NCBI RefSeq assembly: GCF_006345805.1 | Contig: NC_043002.1 | Location: forward strand, 51,770,001 to 51,834,000 | Origin: Octopus sinensis | Lineage: Eukaryota | Direction of reading: 5' to 3' | Length of the DNA: 64,000 bases | Part shown: positions 53,130 to 64,000 of the stretch, one piece after another | How positions within the stretch are numbered: position 1 is the first letter of the stretch | Layout: each line of letters starts with the position of its first letter | Program-made: the position numbers and the translations under genes | The notes under the pieces: model-generated | The model's database searches: none | The model's input: only the letters and a program-made list of their open reading frames with translations | What the model was told of the DNA's origin: nothing

Positions 53130-54110
53130 AATATCATCACCCACTTGATCAAGCTACAAGAATAATCACTTTTGAATTGCTGAGAAGTGAAATACAAAAT
53201 AAGATTCATCAGGCACACCAAGATATTTTAATAGGGAAGTAGAAAGCCAGAGATGTACTGTTTTTGCCTGACATGAATTCGCAGATTGAGTAAGCAATTG
53301 AAAAATGTGCAATATGTGCCAAGTTCAGAACAAACAACGCTAAAGACTCATAACTGCCTAATGAGATACCAGAACGTCCTCGGTCAATGTCGATTTATTC
53401 TCAACTAACGGTGATGACTACATTTTTCATAGTTGACTACCATTCCAAATTTGCTGAAGTTATGCAATAAAGAGATCAAACCAGCATTACAGTTGCAAAC
53501 GAGCTGAAAGCAGTCTTTGACGAACGAGAAATACAAGGTATTCCGATTTGAGATGACGCTTTACAATGAAAAATTCAAAAATGTTCCCAAGACGTGGGAC
53601 TTTCACCATATCACATCCAGTCCACGCTTCCTACAATCGAATTGAAAAACCGAGATTTTAGGAAAAGCTATGAAAATACAGATAAAAAATGTAATGAGGA
53701 AAATAAAGATCCCTTTTAGGCACTGCCAGACTTATGAAATACTCCGACATTTTTCGAAGTTAGATGATAACTCTATTTACATTTTGTCAGTTGCTGTACC
53801 ATTGTGCAGGATTTCTATCAGACATTCTCGAGCCCTAAAGGATGATAAAGAACTATTGCAGCCTACAGACAGGAGAGACACTCATATCATTAGAGTCTGC
53901 TGATCATTTACGAGTATAAGTAAAGGACAAAACATAGCTACCAGCAACTGGCAAAGACAAAAATGATAAATCAAGATCGAACTGACGACACATTCGAGCA
54001 TCAGAATCAGCAGATAATCAATTCAAACAGCGAGAAGCATGTCTGTGTGGTGATTCAAACTGAGAAACCAACTGCAATCGACTTAGTTGAATAGCTTATT
54101 CCAAATGAGT
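53130..54110 (+). pseudogene. Ty3/gypsy integrase relic
   Basis: Frameshift-corrected translation by eye: IHQAH...KARDV..DMNSQI..CAIC, VDL..VDY.SKF.EV, HITSSPRF.QS. Confidence 0.8.
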
Positions 54111-54775
54111 TACGCCCAGAAGCTGGCTGTAAAGGAACGCGCACTCGTGCAAACGCGCGCACACACGCACACCCAAAATTTTAATCCATCCATTCATGCA
54201 TTAGCGGTTAAATGCAGATACTAGTTTGGTGTTTTGTGGGAAAAGGATCGCCAAAAATTGCAACACGAAAAGGGTTCGAAAGAATAACCATACAACATCA
54301 TCCGTTGCGCGGCTTAACTAGAGACGGGATCAGGTTTTAGGTAAAGTCGGTTCGAAAAATATATTGCAGTCCTCATCCAATGTCGTTACAATCTACAATA
54401 AACCTGCAACTTGTTCCGGAAGGTGTTGGTTGGAGAAACAAAGAATACGTGTTTCAGGAACCCGAAGCGAGTCGAGGAGGTAACAACCGTTAATAATTAG
54501 GAATTAGAATTTTAATTACTCAATATTAAATATAGAATGCAGTGGAAGTGAGTCTGAACTATAGATGCCCAGTGACACATACGGACATCTAAAGAATTCT
54601 CTTTGTGTGTTGATGGCCTAACATACAGACAATATACTGCCTAGACCTAGCTTCTGTAAACCATCCCTATATTTCTTTTCGCCGTTAACACCATGATAAC
54701 ACAACATGGTCTTGTTTTCGTGTTCGTCCAAATACATTATCTGGTGTAGCAACGCCATCTGCTCTCCTGTTTATA

Positions 54776-55316
54776 TTGGGTTGTCCGGAAAGTTCGTGCC
54801 GATTTATAGTAGCTTACCTTTCGACTTATTTTAGAACATGGTTGAGTCCATAAAATAGGACAGTTTAAGCTATCTTTTCGTGGAAGAAGATTTATGTTCC
54901 TCTTACTTGTGTTAATTCTGTAACTCTTTAAAATAGAAGATAAGAAAGTTCATTTTCGGCACTTGATGCTTTGGGAACTAGAGAAAAATTGCTGCAGCTC
55001 GGCTGGGATGTGTTACCTCACCTCTATATTCACCAAATATTGCTCCTTCGGATTTCCACTTATGCAGGTCTCTGCAGAATAGTCTTAATGGTAAAAATTT
55101 CAATTCCTTGGATGACGTAAAAATATACCTTGATGAATTCTTTGCCATGAAACCACTTCAATTCTGGGGAAGAGGGTATTTTCAAATTAAAGGAAAGATG
55201 TAGATGCATTGTGCAACAAAATGGTTCATATTTGGTTAATTAAAAATGTAATGGCAAGTATTTATTGACCTTTTTCTTTCCTTTAAAAATCGGCACGAAC
55301 TTTCCGGACAACCCAA
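54776..55316 (+). mobile_element. Internally deleted mariner element
   Basis: Perfect about 29-bp TIRs TTGGGTTGTCCGGAAAGTTCGTGCCGATTT, TA TSD on both sides, residual YSPNIAPSDFHL..SLQNSL. Confidence 0.92.
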
Positions 55317-56086
55317 TATTTTCCTTGGAAATGTTCTAGCGTAATATTAACCTCTGTTAGAGTCATCAGTCTCGGAGAGACTACATAGGTTATGTGCTCT
55401 TTAACAGTCACCTCTCCTTCTTTTTTACTGCCTTATGAAAAGAAACAGCATGCTACAAAAATTCTAGAAAAGCTCGTTTTATAAATGTCAAAATGTTACG
55501 AAAGGGGTTAAAGTTATACGTAGTAGGTAATACGACAAAAGTACTCGATCTCCATATATTTATGTATAATGAATTAAGCAACTAAATAACCTTTAGTGTT
55601 TTGAAATAAACAATCTACAGTATTTCGAACAAGACTAGAAATTGGCCTGATGGTATAAATTATGTGGAAAGGCTAATAACAAAGTTATTTCCCTTGAAAA
55701 ATGTTTGTTGTAATAACAGAGTTCTTTCCCTTGAACTATTATATTTTTGTGATCTTTAAATATTTTATTTTCGTATTTAAGATTTAAATAACGATAGCAA
55801 GTCTTGGACAAAGTTGCAAAAGAAGACGAAATGATACTGATACAAACTAGCTAATTGGTAGATTCATTCATTGATTCATGGTCTCTTCTACTTGTTTTAC
55901 TCATTGAAATGCGGGCATGCTAGGGCACTTCCTTGAAGGGCTTCGTCGAACAAATCGACGACACTATATTCAATGGATCTCTGTCTCTCTCCCTGTGTCT
56001 TCCCTTTGTTTGTCTGTCTATCTGTCCGTCTCTCTCTCTCTATGTATGTATGTATGGATGTATGTATGTATGTATGTATGTATGTT

Positions 56087-56131
<45 letters not shown>

Positions 56132-56247
56132 ATTGAACGAGGTTGTAGCCTTTATGCGCAAACTAATGTCAATTTGAAGCGTGTTGAAAACATTGGTTTA
56201 AGCCCACACATTACAATGTTATTTAGCAATATGCTATATCATGTTAG

Positions 56248-57375
56248 GGTGGCGAGCTGGCAGAATCGTTAGCACGCCGGGCGAAAAGCGTAGCCGTATT
56301 TCGTCTGCCGTTACGTTCTGAGTTCAAATTCCGCTGGGGTCGACTTTGCCTTTCAGCCTTTCGGGGTCGATAAATTAAGTACCAGTTAAGCACTGGGGTC
56401 AATATAATCGACTTAATCCGTTTGTCTGTCCATGTTGGTCCTCTCTATGTTTAGCCCCTTGTGGGTAATAAAGAAACAGGTATCTCGTCTGCCGTTACGT
56501 TCTGAGTTCAAATTCCGCGGAGGTCGACTTTGCCTTTCATCCTTCCGAGAATCGATAAATTAAGTACCAGTTACGCACTGGGGTCGATGTAATCGACTTA
56601 ATACCTTTGTCTGTCCTTGTTTGTCCCCTCTATGTTTAGCCCCCCGTGGGCAATAAGGAAAAAAATATGCTATATCATATAAGGCGGCGAGCTGGCTGAA
56701 TCGTTAGTCCACCGGGCAAAATGTTCAGCGGCAGAATCGTTAGCATATAGCATATTTATTTCCTTATTGCCCACGGGGGGCTAAACATAGAGGGGACAAA
56801 CAAGGACAGACAAAGGTATTAAGTCGATTACATCGACCCCAGTGCATAACTGGTACTTAATTTATCGACTCCCGGAAGGATGAAAGGCAAAGTCGACCTC
56901 GGCGGAATTTGAACTCAGAACGTAACGGCAGACGAGATACCTGTTTCTTTATTACCCACAAGGGGCTAAACATAGAGAGGACCAACAAGGACAGACACAC
57001 AGAGGGGACAGACAAATGGATTAAGTCGATTATATCGTCCCCAGTGCGTAAGTGGTACTTATTTAATCGACCCCGAAAGGATGAAAGGCAAAGTCGACCT
57101 CGGCGGAATTTGAACTCAGAACGTAGCGGCAGACGAAATGCCTATTTCTTTACTACCCACAAGGGGCTAAACACAGAGAGGACAAACAATGACAGACAAA
57201 CGGATTAAGTCGATTACATCGACCCCAGTGCGTAACTGGTACTTATTTAATCGACCCCGAATGGATGAAATGCAAAGTCGACCTCGGCGGAATTTGAACT
57301 CAGAAGGTAACGGCAGACGAAATACCACGAAGCATTTCACCCGGCGTGCTAACGTTTTCGCCAGCTCGCCGCCTT
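56248..57375. mobile_element. Array of family C SINE units: plus-strand dimer facing a minus-strand trimer
   Basis: Head ggcgagctggcagaatcgttagc...gagttcaaattc; tail gccccttgtgggyaataaagaaa. Confidence 0.88.
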
Positions 57376-57737
57376 ACCATAAGCATTAATAATGAGCATG
57401 TGGCAATGATGAAGAATATGTTGGATAATTAGGGTTTGCCAATTTTGGCAACTTATTGTTTAGTTGTATCTATAGTTAGTTTCAGAAATAAACAATACTA
57501 AGATTAAGTAATAGTATTTTCTGTTGATAAAATGGAATTTGGAAGCATTTCCTTTTTATTTTATTTGCTTTGGAATTTTTAATTATGTCAGAAAATCTAA
57601 TCCAAAGTAATGTGTACGGTGAGTGGGAGGATGAGGGAAAGACGAAAAAAAAGAATGAGTGAAAGAGAGGGGGAGAGAGTAGCAGGAGAGAGAGGAAGGA
57701 GAGAGGGGAAAAGGGAGAGGGAGGATTGAGCTGAGAT

Positions 57738-57798
<61 letters not shown>

Positions 57799-58819
57799 TA
57801 AATGAGATAATTAAGATCCAAAAGGTTTTCTGCGTGTTCGGAATTATTAAATATTGCCAGGAGTTAGAATCAGTCCGATGGGGACTTGTTTCAGAGGAAA
57901 TTTGATCGTAGACAATTGCAGCTTTACTCTGTGTGTGTGCGCATGTGTGTTTGTGTGTGTGTGTGTGTGCGTGTGTATTTGTTGGTATGCGTATGTGTAT
58001 GTATTTGTCTATATGTGTGTTTGTGTGTATATGCATATATACATGCATACATACATACACACATACACACACATACACACACACATACACGCACCTACAT
58101 ATATATGCGTGTGTGTGTTTTTGTGTAGCGAAAGAGAGAGAGAGTGGGAGAAAAAGATGTATATATTATATAGATATATATTTGTATGTATGTATGTGTG
58201 TATATATGTGTGTGTGCGTATATATAATTATACACACATACATATTTGTATGTACATATGTATGTATATATATATATTTTTTCATACATACATACTTGCA
58301 TGCATACATATATACACACTTATACATTTGGGACAAAAATATACATACACATGCACGTGCACACACACACACACACACAAATAGAAATCATAGTTTGGTA
58401 GAACCGAGGGAAAACGGCCGAACAAAAGATAAAACATGTAAATAAAACGAATGAGATGGACGTGGACAGTGTGATGGAAAATTGTGTGGAAAAGAATTGG
58501 AAGAGAATTATTCGGAACAAGGTTTCTAATTGGGTGGAAGGACAATTTTGAATACCGATTTAAGAATCAGATCTGACCAGAATATGAAGTTCCTCTTGTA
58601 ACAAAATAAAATACATCAGAATTAGATTTGGCAATTCTTGCTTTTTCGTTTTGTTTTCAACTGACGGACTAAAATACTTCGGTTGATATCGTGTGAAAAG
58701 AGATATACTGCTTTCAGATGTAGCTTGGACAATATAGTTGGTTGACTGTATTGGAGATTTAGGGCAATTGAGAATCCGTTATCCAAAATTCCCGGGGACC
58801 GAAAGTATTGCGGATTTAC

Positions 58820-59640
58820 TCTTTTACTCTTTTACTTGTTTCAGTCATTTGACTGCGCCCATGCTGGAGCACCGCCTTTAGTCGAGCAAATCGACTCCAG
58901 GACTTATTCTTTGGAAGCCTAGTACCTATTCTATCGGTCTCTTTTGCCGAACCGCTAAGTTACGGGGACGTAAACACACCAGCATCGCTTGTCAAGCGAT
59001 GTTGGGGAGGACAGATACAGACACACATACAAAGACGGGCTTCTTTCAGTTTCTGTCTACCAAATCCGCTCACAAGTCAGCATTTTTGGTGGGGAGGGAT
59101 TAAGTCGATTACGTCAACCCCAGTGCTCAACTGGTACTTATTTTATCGAACCCGAAAGGATAAAAGTTAAATTAGATACCGGCGGCATTTGAACTCACAA
59201 CATAAAGATAGATGAATTCTTTTCTACTCTAGACACAAGGCCCGAAATTTTGGGCGAGGGGCCAGTCGATTAGATCAACCCCACTACGCAACTGGTACTT
59301 AATTTATCGACTCCAAAAGGAAGAAAGACAAAGTCGACCTCGGCGGAATTTGAACTCGGAACGTAACGGCAAACGAAATACCGGTAAGCATTGCTTCTAG
59401 CATGCTAACGATTCTGCCAACACGCCGCCTTTAAGCTATTTTTCTTAATATATGTTATACATATAAGGCAAGGAGCAGGGAAAATGGTTAGCATGCTGGG
59501 AAAAATGCTTAGCGGCATTTCGACTGTCTTTACGTTCTAAGTTCAAATACCGCCAAGGTCAACTTTGCCTTTCATTCTTTCGGTTTTCGAGAAAATATGT
59601 ACCAGTTGAAACTGGGGTCGAGTTAATTGACGTACCCCAC
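58820..59640. mobile_element. Cluster: partial family A SINE (minus) and family C SINE copies on both strands
   Basis: Family motifs recognisable. Confidence 0.75.
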
Positions 59641-60825
59641 CTTCAAAGTTACCGATCTTCTGCTGAAATTTTAGATCAATATAGTTTAAACATATTTTCA
59701 GAATGCAGTTTTGTATAAATTTTTAAATAATTTATTTTATATGTAGGAGTGGCTGTGTGGTAAGGCAGTGCTCCAGCATGGCCACAGTTAAGTGACTGAA
59801 ACAGGTAAAAGAGTAAAGAGAATATAATATAATCAGAAACGTAAGATATCAGTCTCCACCTGTGACGTCAATTTTTGACTAAAAGGTACTCGTAGGCCAT
59901 TTGTATTTTCTTTTACTACTAAAGAGGTGTTAGGTTTTATGTAAGGTATCAAAATTATAATGGAAACTGGAAAAATCCAGCATTTTGTTTTAAAAGTAAT
60001 ATACATACAATGGCTCCTGTCATGTTACACACACATATGGAGATAGTATTCAAATCTCACGTAAGAATAACGTCCTCTGCATGCTGTACGCGCGCGCACA
60101 CATACATACACATACGCGCGCACGCACACACACAATGAAAACATGATGGTCAGTGCTTACAAGCTCTCGTGTCATAACGATACACGAAAGCTGTACTTGG
60201 TGGAGCCATTCCAGCATTTTGTGGAGTTCTTCATTTGTGGTGTCGTGTCAGCATTCAAAAGAAGTTTCAGCTAAAGGATTTTCCATTTGGGGTTTCGGAT
60301 AAAGGATTTCCTTTTGTGAAGTTTTGCATAACCGATTTTCAAATGTAGTAAACATTTCTAAGTAAAGGAGTGACCATAGAGGCTTTACAAAAAATATTGG
60401 GCTCAGTCCTCCCCGTTTCTTTAGATTAAACCATTAAAGAAGTAACAAGGAGCAAGGTATGGGTAATCACCTGTAGAACAAGAGATAATATCATAACGTC
60501 GGAAAAATTATATTGTTACTGTGTGATATATATCCACCATGATCGTATGATTGTGGTTTCGATTCCTGGAACACAATATTTGATTTGACGTTACCCCAAA
60601 ATGAGTAAATCCTGCGACGACCAACAGATTGGGGAGAATATACAAACCACTGAATCCTGGAGGCCAGGATTATTATCCTTATTATCCCATGGCTCGAGAA
60701 GGACCTTTGATCCATTTTATGACGTCTCTAAATGAGGGTATAAATGTATGCAGATAAGTAGGTATACACCTATGCTATGTATGTTAAGTGGACGTATTCT
60801 TTTTTGGCATGACTGTATGTGTTCG

Positions 60826-63102
60826 TACAGCTTTTGTATGTAAAACCTGCTGCTTCGTTCTGTATTGTCCTAGATCTTTTGGCGACCCTTTATAGTTAAT
60901 AAAAAAAAGCCTTCTTTCAGGGGTCAATACAATAAAGTATTAACCAACTACTGGAGACGATGGTATCGAGTAATACGCTTCCCACAAAAACTGCTGGCCT
61001 TGTGCCTAAATTAGAAAAAGTTAATCCTTTTTCTACAGCAGGCATAATAAATGAAATTTCCGTGGGGAAGTGGTTAGTCAATTTCATCGTTCTACAGTGA
61101 TGGGCTAGTAATTCGCTCATCGACCCCGAAAGAATGAAAGATAAATTCGACCGCGGCAGAATTTGAACTCAGAACGTAAAACCAAGAGAAACACCTCTAA
61201 GCATTTTGCCCGGTGTTGCTAACAATTCTTATTTTTTTATTGCCCACAAGGGGCTAAACATAGAGGGGACAAACAAGGACAGACAAAGAGATTAAGTCGA
61301 TTACATCGACCCCAGTGCGTAACTGGTACTTAATTTATCGACCCCGAAAGGATGAAAGGCAAAGTCGACCTCGGCGGAATTTGAACTCAGAACGTAACAG
61401 CAGACGAAATACCGCTAAGTATTTCGCCCGGTGTGCTATCGATTCTGCCAACTCGTAGCCCTTAGTCGTCTTAGAAAGAATAATGATAATTATTATTGTT
61501 GTTGTTGTAGTTGTTGTCGTCGCCTTCATAGTCGTTGTTGCTTTTGTTCGCATATTGATTCAGTTATAAGAATGCTTTGAAATTATCTTCTTATATAACT
61601 GGCACTAACAGTTGATTTTTACATTCTTTCTTCAACTAAAAAGTAAATTTCAAACAATTAAGAATACGTTGAGTTCGTCGTTCAGCACATTCTCTGCTAT
61701 CTGAACCAAATTCATGCAAATAAAAGATTAAAACTTCATAAACTACACATCCAGTCAAATAATGCAGTGGGTGGAAAACTTCATGTTGAAGTTCTACAGA
61801 GGATTAGAGGCGGGAAAAATGGCGATGTTCTCGGGGGAAATTCTGTGTGTGACGAAAATCACCTGGCTAATCTGTTCCAGAGGATCTTCGGGCCAGTGCC
61901 CATGGATAATTTTTGCTCTGGCAGTGCTACCGTTTTGAGATGAATTCTATGAACACGTATATGCTATCCACCGGAAAGAGCATGTAGGGAAGAGTTTGAT
62001 CGAGAAGAGTTGGTGGTTTTATTTGTCTCGGCAAAAGAGGTTGTATGAAGGATAAGACTGGAAGGGCTGAAGACAGCCACCTTCTCCTTTGGCCAAACCC
62101 TCAGCCACTTTTTAAAGTCTCATTTGAAAAGTAAAATGAAGATATAGAGGGAAGTGCTACATTCCAGTAAATTTACTGAAAGATAGATACGTATGTCGTG
62201 CATCGTCCGAGTGTCCGGGCCTGTTCCAAGCTTTCAGGCAACTCAGCGAAAGTACTTGGGTTTTGTGGGGTTTCCATGAATGGCTGTAGGAAATCATTCA
62301 ACTTTTAAAGAACATTCCTTGGTTTCAAAATTTCGTTTCTTTTTATTTCCATTGTTTACAGCTTTTGTATGTAAAACCTGCTGCTTCGTTCTGTATTGTC
62401 CTAGATCTTTTGGCGACCCTTTATAGTTAATAAAAAAAGCCTTCTTTCAGGGGTCAATACAATAAAGTATTAACCAACTACTGGAGACGATGGTATCGAG
62501 TAATACGCTTCCCACAAAAACTGCTGGCCTTGTGCCTAAATTAGAAAAAGTTAATCCTTTTTCTACAGCAGGCATAATAAATGAAATTTCCGTGGGGAAG
62601 TGGTTAGTCAATTTCATCGTTCTACAGTGATGGGCTAGTAATTCGCTCATCGACCCCGAAAGAATGAAAGATAAATTCGACCGCGGCAGAATTTGAACTC
62701 AGAACGTAAAACCAAGAGAAACACCTCTAAGCATTTTGCCCGGTGTTGCTAACAATTCTTATTTTTTTATTGCCCACAAGGGGCTAAACATAGAGGGGAC
62801 AAACAAGGACAGACAAAGAGATTAAGTCGATTACATCGACCCCAGTGCGTAACTAGTACTTAATTTATCGACCCCGAAAGGATGAAAGGCAAAGTCGACC
62901 TCGGCGGAATTTGAACTCAGAACGTAACAGCAGACGAAATACCGCTAAGTATTTCGCCCGGTGTGCTATCGATTCTGCCAATTCGTAGCCCTTAGTCGTC
63001 TTAGAAAGAATAATGATAATTATTATTGTTGTTGTTGTAGTTGTTGTCGTCGCCTTCATAGTCGTTGTTGCTTTTGTTCGCATATTGATTCAGTTATAAG
63101 AA
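60826..63102 (+). repeat. Near-identical 747/746-bp direct duplication (60826-61572 and 62357-63102)
   Basis: Only about 3 differences seen by eye; 784-bp unique spacer. Confidence 0.92.
61780..62440 (+). pseudogene. Old 5'-truncated Tx1-type ORF2 C-terminus plus 3' UTR
   Basis: FYRGLEAG...FGPVPMDNF and AKEVV*RIRLEGL..HLKSKMK align with 50330-50930. Confidence 0.78.
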
Positions 63103-64000
63103 AAACCACAAGATAGAGAATAAAATATTTAAGGTCATTCGACCATGAATATTTCCTTCTCTGGTTTGTTTATAAATTGTAGTTCGCTGTAATTTTGTGG
63201 TCAAAATAAATGAATTGAACTGAATGGATATAAAAATAAAATACAATACAATAAAATGAAATGCTGTTAGACAATACTATGTGATCAGACAGGGAGGCAG
63301 AGAGCCAAGCTTGAGAGTGTAGATGGTCAGTGAGGCGGTAATGGTGGTGGTGGTAGTGGTGGATGAAAAAGATGTAAAGTCGTCAAGTGCTATTTGATAA
63401 TGCATATGAATAAAAATTACAGCTTGTAAATAATTTAATAGTAATGAAATTAATTTTCAGTTATTTGTATTCAAAGCGGGTATGCGGACAATGTTATGGG
63501 TGTATGTGATTTGCTCTTGTATATACATATATATATCTTCTTTTTCTTTTACTTGTTTCAGTCATTGGACTGCGGCCATGCAAGGGTGGGAGAGGAACAC
63601 TTTGAACGGTTTAGTCGAACAAATCGATCCAACTACAAATTCTTTAAAAGTCTGGTACTTATTCTATCGCTATCTTTTTTCCGAACTGCTAACTAACGGA
63701 GACGTAATCAAAGCAGCACTGGTTGTCCAAAGGTAACAGATTGTTAGATAGAGTGATAGCTAGATGCAAATACACAAACATATATTCATACATGCATATA
63801 AGTGTGCTTGTTTTTATACATGTGTGTGTGTGAGTGTGTGTAGGTATATATAAATATATATATATATATACAAAATAAGAAAATGGAGAAACATATCTTA
63901 ATCAATGATCAACTACCAGATAATACCCAATCACATAATTTATTAAACCACTACACATGAACATTAAGGTCAAACGTAATAATATAGAAAAAAACAATAT

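Noticed and set aside
54290-54490. Possible gypsy 3' LTR ending in taaca
   Set aside because: No matching second LTR, PBS or clear polypurine tract in the window

Overview
Repeat-dense, AT-rich eukaryotic genomic DNA, most likely from an octopus (inferred from the tRNA-derived SINE families and the (AT)n/(ATGT)n/(ATCT)n microsatellite load; not verified by search). I can support one host gene: a four-exon COX7A2L/SCAF1-like gene on the minus strand (CDS 44743-44672, 42373-42197, 38230-38092, probable terminal exon 34861-34857; about 130 aa). The rest is mobile DNA: a near full-length but dead Tx1/L1-clade LINE (45241-51310), CR1/L2-group, RTE, R4/Dong-like and Penelope remnants, three non-autonomous Helitrons, mariner, maT and gypsy relics, and at least four SINE families. 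Three observations stand out. (1) An intact 1.7-kb ORF1-only retroelement (22761-24478) with a 19-bp target-site duplication; it shares its 3' hairpin plus AATAAAGAAA tail with the Tx1 LINE and with a multimeric SINE, suggesting a LINE / half-LINE / SINE system. (2) Several hammerhead-ribozyme motifs, minimal or with a long helix II, mostly in Penelope-type palindromes. (3) An invertebrate COX7A2L that keeps the vertebrate exon junctions. Most ORFs in the supplied track are microsatellite artefacts. Repeat boundaries are approximate unless a TSD or terminal motif is quoted.
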